Positions 50,515 to 63,392 of a DNA stretch of 64,000 nt are shown one piece after another; positions within the stretch are counted from its first letter, which is position 1; each line of letters starts with the position of its first letter. Source of the DNA: Eledone cirrhosa (taxonomy: Eukaryota); contig OZ024741.1 in NCBI GenBank assembly GCA_964016885.1, forward strand, positions 49,910,001-49,974,000, given 5' to 3'. The notes under the pieces are model-generated. The model made no database searches. It worked only from the letters and a program-made list of their open reading frames with translations, and was not told where the DNA came from. The position numbers and the translations under genes were made by a program.

Positions 50515-53500
50515 ATGAACACAACAAATGAGAATTGCAACAACTGCGTCAACAGCAATAACACTAACCATGTTAGGGCTGCGCACGGTAGTGGGTGGCT
50601 AGTGCATCCCCCGACCGTCTTCAAGCAATCGCGCTACAGGAAAAGGAACAAGAATATCAAGATGTCACATCTCAGAGCTGCAACACTTAATTTTGGCACT
50701 CTCACAGGTAGATCTGGTGAAATAGCGGAGATGCTGGACAGAAGGCATGTGGATGTGTGCTGCGTGCAAGAGGTGAGATGGAGAGGTGCTTCTGCGAGAC
50801 TAATTGCAGGCAAACATCTTACTTATAAGCTTTTCTGGGTAGGTAAGGATGATGGGTTAGGAGGAGTAGGCATTTTCCTGGCTGAGAGATGGATTGATAA
50901 GACAATAGAGGTAGTTCGAGTTAATAAGAGAATAATTAAGCTTAGATTAGTTGTAGGCAGGAAACTACTGACAATCATCTCTGTTTATGCTCCCCAGGCA
51001 GGCCTAGGTAAAGAAGGGAAAGACTGCTTTTACGAGCAACTTTTACAAACATCTGCAATGACAGAGGACAGAGACATCATTATGCTTTCAGGGGACTTCA
51101 ATGGTCATGTTGGACAGCTCCAGAGTGGTTACACTGGGGTACATGGTGGGCACGGTTACAGCTCAAGAAATGAAGAAGTGAGACTTCGTGAATTTCGTGA
51201 TGCAAGTGCACTAACCATTTGCAACACTAATTTCCAGAAACCTGCCAACCACCTAATAACCTACAAATCAGGCGAGCACATAAGCCAGATCGACTTCGGG
51301 ACAGGCGGATGGTGTCAAATACCAAGGCATACCCTGGGGAAGAATGTACTCCACAGCATAGGTTAGTCATTAGAGATATCTCAGTAAGCAAGAAACGGAA
51401 TGAGACATACAGGAAGGTGTGGAGAAGAAAGGTCTGGAAGTTAAAAGACCTTTCACTAAAATACAAATTTAGGAAAACCCTTCAAGATGTGTATGACGAA
51501 AAAGGAGACGATTTACAGTTGTATGACATAGATGATAACTGGAATTTTTTTTACGTAACAACGTACTGCAGGCTACTGATGAAACTTGTGGCTGGAACAG
51601 AGCTCCAACCAGACAGAGAGTGACCTGGTGGTGGAACAGTACGGTAGATAAAGGCCATTAGAGACAAAAGATTAGCATGGAATGCTTGGAAAAAGGGTGG
51701 GAGTAGAGAAGGATATACAGCCGCTAAGAGGGAAGCTAGACATCAGGTGTACTTAGCACGCAGAGAGGCTCAGAGTAGGAGGTTTGCTAATGTTCTGCGA
51801 TGGGAAGATCAGAGACGTGCAGTGTCCACATTGGAAGGCAGTGCGTCAATGCAAATCAGGATGATGTTGGAGATAAATGTGTCCGGAAGGATGTCGGTTT
51901 ACTTAGTGTCATGAATGATCAGCAAAAGGAGGCCTGGAAATGTCATTATGAGAGACTGATGAATGTGGAGAATGAATGGGAGAGAGAGAAATTACCCTCA
52001 GTAGATCCGACAGATGGACCAGCTATTGAGATTGATGAATATAGGGTCCAAGAGGCGATTAAGGAAATGAAAAATGGTAAGGCTGCTGGACCATCGGGGA
52101 TAGTTGCTGAGATGCTGAAGGCATCAGGGGACGTAGGCACTAAACTGGTTGCACGCATCATCAATCAGGCTATATATGGCGGTGTCATACCCAAAGACTG
52201 GTGCAGCAGTATTCTCATAAATTGCTACAAAGGTAAAGGGGATGCTCTGGAGGGGGAGCAATTATAGGGGTATAAAACTGATGGATCAGGTTATGAAAGT
52301 GGCAGAAAGGATATTAGCACAACTAATTAGAGAAAGGGTCAAACTAGATGAGATGCAGTTTGGTTTTGTGCCTGGGAAAAGTACAACAGATGCCCTCTTC
52401 TTGGTGAGACAATTACAAGAGAGATTCTTAGAGAAGAATAAGCCACTATACATAGCCTTTGTTAACCTAGAGAAGGCCTTTGATAGGGTACCCCGATCTG
52501 TCATCTGGTGGTCTCTAAGGAAACTAGGTGTTGAGGAATGACTTGTGAGGACAGTGCAAACTTTGTACAGAGATGCTCTCAGTAAAGTCAGGGTAGGAAT
52601 GGAGTTTAGTGAGGAATTCCAGATACAAGTAGGAGTACATCAGGGTTCGGTCCTCAGCCCGCTCTTGTTCATTATAGTCCTCCAAGCCATAACAGAGGAG
52701 TTTAAGACTGGCTGTCCATGAGAACTTCTCTATGCTGATGATCTGCTTCTTATAGCAAAATCAGTAGAGGAGTTACAGAATAAATTCTGGCTATGGAAAC
52801 AGCAGTTGGAATCAAGAGGACTGAGAGTGAACCTAGCTAAGACAAAAGTGTTGATGAGTAGAAAAGAGGACAAAACTCTGATTCCATAAGGGAAATGGCC
52901 ATGTTCGATATGCAGGAAAGGAACTGGCATAAATTCTATGAAATGTACACAATGCAGATCTTGGGTACACAAGAGATGTAGTGGGATAGCAGGCAAACTA
53001 ACAGGTAGGGAAAACTACGTATGCAGTAGATGTACAGGGAAATTTGACAGTAGAAGGTGCATTGATAGACACATTTTTCAAATGCAGGTAGGTGCTATAG
53101 AAGTGGTTGATAGCTTCCGGTACCTAGGTGATCAGATTAGCATGGGAGGGGGTTGTTCCGAGGCCATAGTATCTAGAATAAGGACGGGTTGGAAGAAGTT
53201 TAGAGAGCTGCTTCCTCTGCTGATGAAGAAGGATTTCTCCCTGTGTACGAAAGGCCGGTTATATGATGCCTGTGTGAGGAGCACGATGCTGCATGGTAGT
53301 GAGACATGGGCAGCAACTGCAGAGGATATGCGACAGCTGGAGAGAAATGAGGCAAACATGCTCCGTTGGATGTGCAATGTCAATGTGCGTGAACGACCAA
53401 GCATGGATGTGTTGAGAGAGAAACTGTGTCTGAGAGAGATAGATTGTAGTGGGCGGAGGTGGTGAGAGCAGACCTCAGGTTGCTGAAGCTCGCGGTGGAG

Positions 53501-53610
53501 ATGACGAAGGACCGTGACAAGTGGAGAGATGCTATGCTAAATAGGACCCATCCAACCCTTGCAAGCAGGGAAAAGTGAACGTAAAATGATGATGATGATG
53601 ATGATGATGA
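50515..53610 (+). mobile_element. Near full-length degenerate RTE LINE
   Basis: APE ORF 50515-51366, RT pieces, PHD-like finger and (ATG)n tail, with several stops and frameshifts. Confidence 0.93.
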
Positions 53611-53907
53611 CCACCGGGTGAAGAAATGCCTGGTAATCCCAGTGAAAGGAAGACGCAGTAAAGGAAGACCATGGAAAACATGGGGGGAGGTGGTGAGAGG
53701 TGATCTCAGATCGCTCAAGCTCCAGAAGAGATGATGAAGGAGCATGACAAATGGTGAGATGCTATGCTGAAGAGGGCCCGTCCCACCCTTGAAAGCAGGG
53801 AAAAGCAGACGTAAAATGATGATGATAAATATAATCTAAATTTATATGCATATTCTACAAACATACAAATATATTTTATATGTATAAATATTTTCCACAC
53901 ACACATA

Positions 53908-53952
<45 letters not shown>

Positions 53953-53968
53953 TAAAATAACAGATTAA

Positions 53969-54016
<48 letters not shown>

Positions 54017-54110
54017 TAACAGATTAAAGTTTATATATATATATATATAAAATGTTAAAAAAATAATGAATAAAACAATGAAACAGTTCCTTATATTAAA
54101 CAAAAAAAAG

Positions 54111-54263
54111 TTCATTATTTAACGATCGTTTCTAGGACATATATGTGTTAGAATTGGCATGCATATTCAACAGATCTATGTACAAAATTATACAAAATTA
54201 TACAAACTATCAAATATAATATACATACCAACACATACATATGCCGTCTTCAGAAATAATGAA
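54111..54263 (-). ncRNA. Candidate type I hammerhead ribozyme with long stem II
   Basis: UUCAUUAUUU-CUGAAGA-[about 114 nt]-GAAA-CGAUCG-UU/AAAUAAUGAA. Stem I is a perfect 10 bp and stem III is palindromic, but the base of stem II is imperfect. Confidence 0.6.
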
Positions 54264-54533
54264 ATATATTTATTGATAATAACAACAATTCAAAATTACA
54301 GGTCTGTTTGGGAATAGAGTTCAAATTGACCAATGAAATACACAAAAATATATCAAGAAAATACAGTTAGGTGTGTGTATATATGTAAGTAACCTCGTTC
54401 ACAGATATGTATAAAAAATATATGTTCACATGCATACGCATGTCGAAAAAATGTATGTAAATACAAAAATTCAGGGCTAATGTCTCTGTATGTTTATAAT
54501 CTACAGACAAAATACACATACGTATATAAACAT

Positions 54534-55145
54534 ATATGGTGGCTGCCAACTCGTTTTCGAGTACGGCCACTACTTTATATCCATGTAGGAGAACCCCTAC
54601 CGATGCGCTGAACGAGTGTGACTTTTTAGTCCAGCCAGCGACTTGAAAACTCTGGTACAAACACTACACTTGTGACAATTACTGACACATAGTGCTGGGC
54701 CCATGGTACCATGTGACGACAAGTGCAGAGAGATCTCCAGATATAAAGCAATGCCTGTGCCGTGAAGCTTTTATAGTGAGCAAAGGCACTGCACAAAGCC
54801 AGTCCCACTCTCTTAACCAAGATGATATTTACCAAAAAGAAGAACAAGTCAACATCATTGGATACCATCAGGGTTGCAGGTGTTATATCAGAGTTTTCCT
54901 TCTCCTAGAATTCAGCCTTGACAAAGGCTAAGGGGTCATCTCTCCCGGTGATTTTGGATGGCCATTGACTCTTAAGAGCTCCTTTGCCCTTTGACAGGTT
55001 TTGTTTTTAGTCCTGCAGGATGTCCAAAGTCACCCTCCTCACCAAGAAACCTTGGTGGGGTTGCCAGTTTAGTCGCCAACGACCCGACCATGGGACAGGT
55101 TGTACTGGGATACATGTTACCAGTAGCACCAACTGGTGACCTGAC
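54534..55145 (-). mobile_element. About 610-bp non-coding retro-like element; shorter copy at 56303-56761
   Basis: About 458 bp are duplicated with two substitutions seen. The head resembles an RTE 5' UTR, and there is a 3' stem-loop followed by a microsatellite. Confidence 0.55.
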
Positions 55146-55939
55146 ATATGTATATATATGCATGTATGTATATACATATATGTATGTATGTATGTACACA
55201 TATATGCATGTATGCATGTATATACATATGCATGTATGCATGTATATATATATATATATATATATACATACACACACACATATACATACACATACACACA
55301 TACATATATATATATACATACATACATACATACACATACACACACACATACATACATATATATACATACATACATACATATATATATATACATACATACA
55401 TACATATATATATATACATACATACATACATACATATATATATATACATACATACATATATACATATACATACATACATATATATATATACATACATACA
55501 TACATATATATATATACATACATACATACATATATATATATACATACATACATACATATATATATATACATACATACATATATATATATACATACATACA
55601 TATATATATACATACATACATACATATATATACATATATATATACATACATATATACATATACATACACATATACATACATACATATATATATATATACA
55701 TACATATATACATATATATACATACATACACATATACATACATACATACATACATACATACACACATATATATATACATATATATATACATACATACATA
55801 CATATATATATATATACACATACATACATATATATATACATATATATATACATATATATACATATACATATATATATACATACATACACACATACATACA
55901 TACATACATATATATATATATATACATATACACATATAT

Positions 55940-55972
<33 letters not shown>

Positions 55973-56088
55973 CATACATACACACATATACATACATATA
56001 CATATATATATACATACATACATATACACATATATATATACATATACATATATATATATATATATACATACATACACATATACATACA

Positions 56089-56120
<32 letters not shown>

Positions 56121-56213
56121 CATATATATATACATACATACATACATATATATATACATATATACATATACATATATATATACATACATACATACATATA
56201 CACATATACATAC

Positions 56214-56256
<43 letters not shown>

Positions 56257-56267
56257 TACATACATAC

Positions 56268-56300
<33 letters not shown>

Positions 56301-56302
56301 CA
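55146..56302. repeat. Compound (TACA)/(TA)/(CA) microsatellite, about 1.15 kb
   Basis: Seen directly. Confidence 0.98.
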
Positions 56303-56914
56303 TATATGGTGGCTGCCAACTCGTTTTCGAGTACGGCCACTACTTTATATCCATGTAGGAGAACCCCTACCGATGCGCTGAACGAGTGTGACTTTTTAGT
56401 CCAGCCAGCGACTTGAAAACTCTGGTACAAACACTACACTTGTGACAATTACTGACACATAGTGCTGGGCCCATGGTACCATGTGACGACAAGTGCAGAG
56501 AGATCTCCAGATATAAAGCAATGCCTGTGCCGTGAAGCTTTTATAGTGAGCAAAGGCACTGCACAAAGCCAGTCCCACTCTCTTAACCAAGATGATATTT
56601 ACCAAAAAGAAGAACAAGTCAACATCATTGGATACCATCAGGGTTGCAGGTGTTATATCAGAGTTTTCCTTCTCCTAGAATTCTGCCTTGACAAAGGCTA
56701 AGGGGTCATCTCTCCCGGTGATTTTGGATGGCTATTGACTCTTAAGAGCTCCTTTGCCCTTTATATATATACACATATAAACATATATACACTCATATAT
56801 ACACACATATACATACATTCATACACACACGCGCATATACACATAAACATTATATATATGTAGATGTATCTACATATATATATATATACATATAAACTTT
56901 AATCTGTTATTTTA

Positions 56915-56995
<81 letters not shown>

Positions 56996-57550
56996 TACAT
57001 ATATAACAATATTCTGCAGATATAAACATATCAATGAATCCTTTGCATTTTAAAGAAGAAATTAAAATCTTGTTTGAATTTCAAAGGAATTTACTCACTG
57101 TAATATTTCCACAGTCTGGTGAAGATTTAACAATCGTTTGTAATCAGTTCTTGCAGCGACAATATTTGTACCAGATCAAACATCAAATCAAAAAGTTATT
57201 GGTTGATCCATCCAACAAGAGAAAAATATTCGTTCTGTTGAATATAGATTGAATAATGTTGTTTGTCCAAGATAAACATATTCTTTTCGCTTGATTTCAT
57301 AAACTTATCGAAATCATTTGAACATGTTAGTACAGGATGTCTCATCTTCAAATATTTTGTGTATGTGTGTATGTGTGTGTATGAAGTGGGGTAATTGTGG
57401 GGCGTGTAACAAACTTGAACAAAAAATTGTCCAATCCCTTATGAACCTGAATATTTATATCCTACCACAAGTTAGTTTAAATAAGCAGCTTAGTTACCTA
57501 CTGTCATTTTTCTTTTTCTCTTTCTCTGTATAAATATTATATGTGTGTGT

Positions 57551-57581
<31 letters not shown>

Positions 57582-57840
57582 TTTCTTTATTAACCACAAG
57601 GGTTTACATAAAGTAGACATTAAGGACAGTCCAGGACAATGCAGGATGGTACAAATGGGCATTTCTGCGTGTAAAAAACAAAAACAGAGGATGTAACAAA
57701 AATAACAATGAAAATAACAATGAAAAATTCCCCAATAGGGGGGAGACTTCGGAGGGACATTTGTGGAGAAAGCCCAGTAAAAAGCCACAATGACCCTGAC
57801 CACCAAGGCAAGTGCCCTCTCCCAGTTTTCCACCTTTAAT

Positions 57841-60800
57841 TTACAGATATATACTCAGAGTAGGCCCATTCACTCGGGCCATTCTTGCTTCTCTCACCCA
57901 TCTTTCAACAAAATGCTGGGAAGAGAGCACTTCCCTCTCTACTCTGATTTTCCTTTTCAAATGAAATTTGAAAAAGTCAATCAGAGCATCACCGAAGAGG
58001 TAAGTGCTCGTCTTCAGCCCTTTCAAACGTGTCCACCATACTATCTCTTTCGCCATGGCCACCAGACAGATAAAAACTGCCTGCCCTTCCCGGCTAAAGG
58101 AGGAGGGCGGGGCAATCCTCACGATGGACTCAGATGATAGCCGGATCCGTCCTAGACGCGACAGCAGGTGTTCGACATAAACCCACAAGTCAGCAATTTT
58201 CGGACACTGGACGAGTGCGTGCAGGACGGTTTCATCGCCCTGCGCGCATCTCGGACATGCCCGGCTGACGGCACCTCCATGCCTGTAGAGTTTATCCCGA
58301 ACTGGCAAGGCTCCTCGGTAGCACTGCCAGGCCAGAGATTTCTGGAAGTTGTCCATAGGCCCCGGCCCGAAAGTTCTTCCGAAGAGATTGGCTAGTTGAT
58401 TTTCGTCGACGCCTAGAGTTTCCCCAAGTACGTCGTCGCTCTTACCCTCCACTAATCCTCTATAGAACGCCGAGGTGGAGTTTCCACCGATCACATTGCC
58501 CGATTGGTCGAGGGCTGTGAGCGCCTGAAGACATTCCAGTCTCCAGGCGCTCCCTCTCGGTCTTCGCTTGACCCAGGACTGCAGCTCCGTCAAGGAAACG
58601 AGCTGGGGAAATACGCGCCTAGCAAACGGCGACCACACCTGATCACCGTCGAGGAAGAGGTGGAGATGTCGTAGCCTGAGTGCGTGCCTGCGCATCATCA
58701 GCCACGGCATGCCCAGCCCTCCACGTAGCGGGTGTTGACAACAGATGGACCGCCTGACCATCGGAGCACGTTCCTTCCACAAAAAGCGAAAGAGCAAACG
58801 CTCCAGCGCAGTCAGGCGAGGCTTAGGACAAGGTACGACGGTCAGGCGGTAGCAGATGACAGACGCGATGTACGCGTTAGCCACCTCCGCTCGACCTTTC
58901 AGGGATAGCTTCCTCTCCGCCCATTTCTGGGTGAGAGAAGCCACCCTGCTCGTCACCTCGTCCCAGTTTTTGTCCGTCTGGAGGTCCGGACCGAACCAGA
59001 CCCTTAGCAATTTAACCGGTCCGTCCGTCCAGCGTCCGACGACGCTGTTGGACGGCATGGACCTGCCTCTCCAGGTGCCGATCTGCAGGCCCACTGACTT
59101 TTCCTGGTTGATCATTGCTCCTGTCACCGCTTCGTATTCTCTTAGTGTAGTGCCGATCACCTCGATGTGTTTGGCGTTCGACACCACTACGGTGACATCG
59201 TCCGCATATGCTGACACGGATCTTCCGCATCCTAGTTCGCGCGGGACTCCCCTCAACGTCTCCAGTTTGTGCAGTAATGGCTCGAGAGTCAATACGTACA
59301 AGAGGGACGAGAGGGGACATCCTTGGCGGACCGAGCGCATGATGTTGAACGGTTCCGACAGGTGACCGTTCACTCTCACCACAGAGCAGATGTCGCTGTG
59401 CATGGCAGCGATCCAGCCTCTGAAGACGGGCCCAAAGCCAGCCGCCCTCAGGACTGCCGCCAGGTAACGATGGTCAACCCTATCGAAAGCTTTTGACTGA
59501 TCTAAATTGATCAAGGACCCACCCATGCCAGGTTCCCTAGCTACCCTCTCTACGATGTATCGCATGAGGTGGAGGTTGTCGTGGATGGATCTGTCGGGAA
59601 TGGCGCATGTCTGCGCCTCTCCCACCAGACCACCAACGACAAGCGCCAACCTCTTTGCTAGCACCTTGGCCAAAATCTTAAACTCTGTGTTTAGCAGAGT
59701 TATGGGCCGGAAATTTTCTATGTTATCCCCCTTGTTCGGATCCTTTCTCAGCAGTGCCACCGCTCCTCGGCTCACAGAACTGGGAATTCTCCCGTTCTGT
59801 TGCCAGTTGCAGTAGACGTCCGCCAAGAGGCCTCCGAACAAGTCTGGCATCTGTACGTAAAGTTCATAGGGCAGACCATCCAAACCAGGCGATTTACCCC
59901 TTGTGCAGCCAGTCATTGCCTCCCTTACTTCAGCGGCTGTTATCGGCTTTTCGCAACACTTCGCCTCAGTGGCCGAGAGCCGCGGCAGTCCGTCGAGGTA
60001 GACACTAAAGTCCATGCCTCTACCCGGCCCACCGCTGCCCCCGAACAGCTGAGCGAAGTGTCGCTGAAAAGCTTTACACATTTGCCCGGGATCGAGTAGC
60101 ATGCGCCCGTCGTGGTCCACCAAAGACCGGATCGTGGCTTTGTTGCCACGACGCGCCTCCGCCACTCGGGCCCATTGAACGGCTTTCGTCCCCTCGTGTC
60201 TGAGAGCACGCACCCTTGCTCTGACAACGCAGCCTTCGTGCTTTGCATTGAAGAATTGGTCAAGGGCCAATTTCGCCGCAAGCACGTCGGTCGCAATGCC
60301 TTTGCTAAGCGCCTCGTCTAATTTTCTAACTAGTTCTCCCTCTGCTCTATTTTTCTCTATTGCTAAAGCCTTACTAAACCTAATCGATTCTATTCTAATC
60401 GCTCTTTTCAGAGCAAACCACCACTTGTTGTTGACGATGGCCCCCGTCAACGCCCGCTTAACTAGTTCGCTAATCCGGTCTCTGTAGGCCTTGCGCGCTG
60501 GTAAGGACGCGTTTAGCTTCCAGTAGCCGGGTCCTCGTCTATGAAGCCTATCTAAGTCAAGCACACAGATCACGAATTTGTGGTCCGTGTAGCTGACTAT
60601 CTTGAATTGTGGACAGCCTATGCTAGACCTATCTATTTCCCTACAAAATACTCTATCTAGATATGATCTGGATGACCCTATGCGGTTTGTCCAAGTCCAC
60701 ATTGGCACATTCGGGAAATCCAATCGGTACCTGTCAGACAGTTCAAAACGCCTGAGCAGGTTGGTGAGGCTCTTGCACCCTCCACCCCTATCCGCTAATC

Positions 60801-61260
60801 CTACACAGTCCCAGCGTGCATCTAAGATCTCGTTCCAGTCGCCCACTAACACTAAAGAGCGGGACGTTCCAAGAAAGGTCTCCAGACGCCGGAAGAAATC
60901 AGGCCGCCCTGCTCCTGTCGGGGCATAGACGGCCACTAGCCTGAAAGCTTGCCCGTCTCCGCTGGTCACGTCCAGCACCACCAGCTTACCCTCTGGGTCC
61001 AGGAAGATGGCCCGTATGGCGAGCTCCAAACCTCTCCGAAAAAGCACAGCAACTCCTCCACCGGATCCAGGACGGCTGGGAGATGCGTACACATCGTAGC
61101 CACCGAAGATCGGTGCGAAGGCCCGTGCTTCGGAGATTCTGGTCTCGCTGATGGCCACTACATCTATGTTTAGTGACCTGAGGTCGTTGAGCAGGTGACC
61201 CTGCTTCCATGACGACCCCAAGCCACGCGCATTTATGCTGCCTATTCTGAGTGAGGTCAT
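57841..61260 (-). CDS. Tx1 ORF2 (APE endonuclease, RT, C-terminal zinc-binding domain), 1139 aa, uninterrupted
   Basis: Motifs SINARGL, GDWN, YLDR, YTDH, GYWKLN, FRPITLLN, RQGCPLS, AYADD and CPRC...H...C. Confidence 0.95.
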   Translation of the reverse strand: MTSLRIGSINARGLGSSWKQGHLLNDLRSLNIDVVAISETRISEARAFAPIFGGYDVYASPSRPGSGGGVAVLFRRGLELAIRAIFLDPEGKLVVLDVTSGDGQAFRLVAVYAPTGAGRPDFFRRLETFLGTSRSLVLVGDWNEILDARWDCVGLADRGGGCKSLTNLLRRFELSDRYRLDFPNVPMWTWTNRIGSSRSYLDRVFCREIDRSSIGCPQFKIVSYTDHKFVICVLDLDRLHRRGPGYWKLNASLPARKAYRDRISELVKRALTGAIVNNKWWFALKRAIRIESIRFSKALAIEKNRAEGELVRKLDEALSKGIATDVLAAKLALDQFFNAKHEGCVVRARVRALRHEGTKAVQWARVAEARRGNKATIRSLVDHDGRMLLDPGQMCKAFQRHFAQLFGGSGGPGRGMDFSVYLDGLPRLSATEAKCCEKPITAAEVREAMTGCTRGKSPGLDGLPYELYVQMPDLFGGLLADVYCNWQQNGRIPSSVSRGAVALLRKDPNKGDNIENFRPITLLNTEFKILAKVLAKRLALVVGGLVGEAQTCAIPDRSIHDNLHLMRYIVERVAREPGMGGSLINLDQSKAFDRVDHRYLAAVLRAAGFGPVFRGWIAAMHSDICSVVRVNGHLSEPFNIMRSVRQGCPLSSLLYVLTLEPLLHKLETLRGVPRELGCGRSVSAYADDVTVVVSNAKHIEVIGTTLREYEAVTGAMINQEKSVGLQIGTWRGRSMPSNSVVGRWTDGPVKLLRVWFGPDLQTDKNWDEVTSRVASLTQKWAERKLSLKGRAEVANAYIASVICYRLTVVPCPKPRLTALERLLFRFLWKERAPMVRRSICCQHPLRGGLGMPWLMMRRHALRLRHLHLFLDGDQVWSPFARRVFPQLVSLTELQSWVKRRPRGSAWRLECLQALTALDQSGNVIGGNSTSAFYRGLVEGKSDDVLGETLGVDENQLANLFGRTFGPGPMDNFQKSLAWQCYRGALPVRDKLYRHGGAVSRACPRCAQGDETVLHALVQCPKIADLWVYVEHLLSRLGRIRLSSESIVRIAPPSSFSREGQAVFICLVAMAKEIVWWTRLKGLKTSTYLFGDALIDFFKFHLKRKIRVEREVLSSQHFVERWVREARMARVNGPTLSIYL

Positions 61261-61295
61261 GTTTAAAATAGAGTGGAAAAGATGGGAAAGACCAC

Positions 61296-63392
61296 TTACC
61301 GTACTTTTGGTAGAGGAGGGATGGTTTTTACATCCCTTTTCACTTGATCGTCTGGTGAAGGGACCGTTGAATCGTCCCTTCGGCTGGTCGTCGGCTCTTC
61401 TAAGAGAATGTCTGAGTATACTCTTCGATTGATGGTTCCTCCTAGGTCCCTGAAATCACCAACTGCGTTGGGGAATTTCGTTTTAATATTTGTGTATTGT
61501 TTCTGTGCTATTTTTAGCAGTCTTATGTTAGTTGGCGTTTTGATTGGTGCTGGTATTATGTAGTCCTGTTGTGAAATGTCTGTGTGTTCAATTATGTAAG
61601 TCATTAGTTTCTTGTTGTGTGTATTTATTGCCGTGCATTTGTTTTTCTGGGGGTGGGGTGTGGTTCTGCTATTTTCTTGTCGTTGTTGCTGGGTGTGTGT
61701 GTTTTGTTGTTGTGTTTGCGATGTTGGTGCTTGTGGTGGTGGTGTTGAAGGTGTTGTTGGCGGTGGGGTTGTCGCCGGTGGTGATGGTGGTGCTAGTGTG
61801 GGTGGTGATGGTGTTGGTGTTGTTGCTGCTGTGGGTCTCTTTGCAGTAGACTTTACCCTTTTCTCATTTCTTTCCTCCCTTTTCAAAGGCGACGATGCGC
61901 TGCTTCTGCGTTTGTGCCTTCTTACGACCTTTTGCCATCTCTCTCCCACCTCACACTCCATGTCTGATTCTGTGAGGTCGGGGAGGGGTACCAACTCCAC
62001 TCTTTCACTTGTTGTTGTTGGTGATGTTTGCACTGGAGTCTCTGTTGCAGCTGCATTTGGTATTGCTGTTGTTGTTGTTAGTATTTCCACTGCTGCTGCT
62101 GTTTTTGATTTCCGTGGAGTGGGTATGGGTGCCACGGGCCTATCGTTCCTGGTTGCCGCTTGTCCTGTTGCTGGTTACCGTGGAGCCGGATTCGGAAGGA
62201 GGGGGGTTTTCTCCTTTCTCAGGGTCTTCTCGTTGCAGAAGGCCCTGAGGTGAGTCTTCGATCCACAGCGAAAGCATTTCGGGCGTTTTCCCTCAACACT
62301 TATGGGCAGTTGAGTGCCGTTATCGAAGTCTATCACATCCGGGATAGCTTCGATGCACTCCTGGTTGGTTTGGATTAGCATCTCAATGGAGGAGCCGACC
62401 CAATCTTCTCTTATTTTTTTCTGTACTTGCAGTACAGTTGTTTTGTCCTCGATTCCGACGAGGACAGACGCGGCCAGCCAAGAAGGGGTCATTCCGGGGG
62501 GGACGTGGGTCAGTTTGACCCTCACAATTTTTTGCCCACAGTAGGAGGGCACCAACACCATTTCCTCGCTCCTTAGGGTCACTACTGATTGGGCCTTTGC
62601 CTCCTGGGGTGTGGCAAAAAGTACGTCTACGGTGGCATATTTTTTGCCTCGGGTGATGTGCGTTTTCCGCTGCCACACAGACCCCAAGGCTTTTTGTATT
62701 TGGGCCTCTGTGGCTCTTTCCACCCTACGGGATTTTGTACTTACTGTACGGTATGTGACCGTACAGTGCTCTTGGGTTTCGAAAAATTTTTCCGCTGCCT
62801 TGCAGATTGCTCGGTGTCCGTTCTTTGTCACCATCTTCTTCGCTTCCTCTAATTCCTCATTTGTTATGAGGATTGTTTCCAAGTTTTTCGCAATACCTGC
62901 AAATGAGATTGGTTTTTCTCTGCTGTTGTTGTTGTCGTCAGAGCTGCTGGTACTTTTGTTGTTGCTGCAGGTACTACGACTACTGCCTCCGCCGCTGTTG
63001 CTGTGGTTGTTGTTGGTGTTGCTGCTGCTAATGCTGTTGTTGTTTATGCTGCTGGTGATGCTGTTGCGGCTGCTACTGTTGTTTTCATTGTCACTGTTGC
63101 TGTTGTTATTACGGCTGCTACTGCTATTATTCCTGACGTCAGACGAATGAACTGGGTTTTCGTATTTCCCGCACACCTGTTTCGTCGCTGTCGTCGTCGT
63201 CGTGGAGAAACCTTGCACGCTTTGCACGAGACTTTTCTTTTCTTTCGTCACTTGCGAAAGAGAAGGGAGGGAGAGAGACACATTTAAAGAAGGGAGGGAG
63301 AGAGACAATCTTCTCTCTGCTGTAGTGATGATTGAGGAAGAAGAAGACGGAATGAGTGGGAGTGACGTATGAAATTTCTTTTTCGTAGCCAT
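61296..63392 (-). pseudogene. Tx1 ORF1 (CCHC knuckle) with one in-frame TAA at 62175-62177
   Basis: ORFs 62175-63392 and 61296-62135 share one frame. Knuckle CFRCGSKTHLRAFC. Confidence 0.85.

Noticed and set aside
55040-55145. Possible HDV-like ribozyme (CCAGT...CTAA-ACTGG)
   Set aside because: P2, P4 and J4/2-like parts are visible, but I could not assign a canonical P1, P3 and L3.
54972-56430. Six long overlapping ORFs of 407-455 aa
   Set aside because: They are translations of the (TACA/TA)n microsatellite, which lacks stop codons.
58168-63287. Plus-strand ORFs opposite Tx1, and similar ones opposite Gypsy and RTE elements
   Set aside because: They are antisense shadows of GC-rich or low-complexity coding sequence with no motifs.
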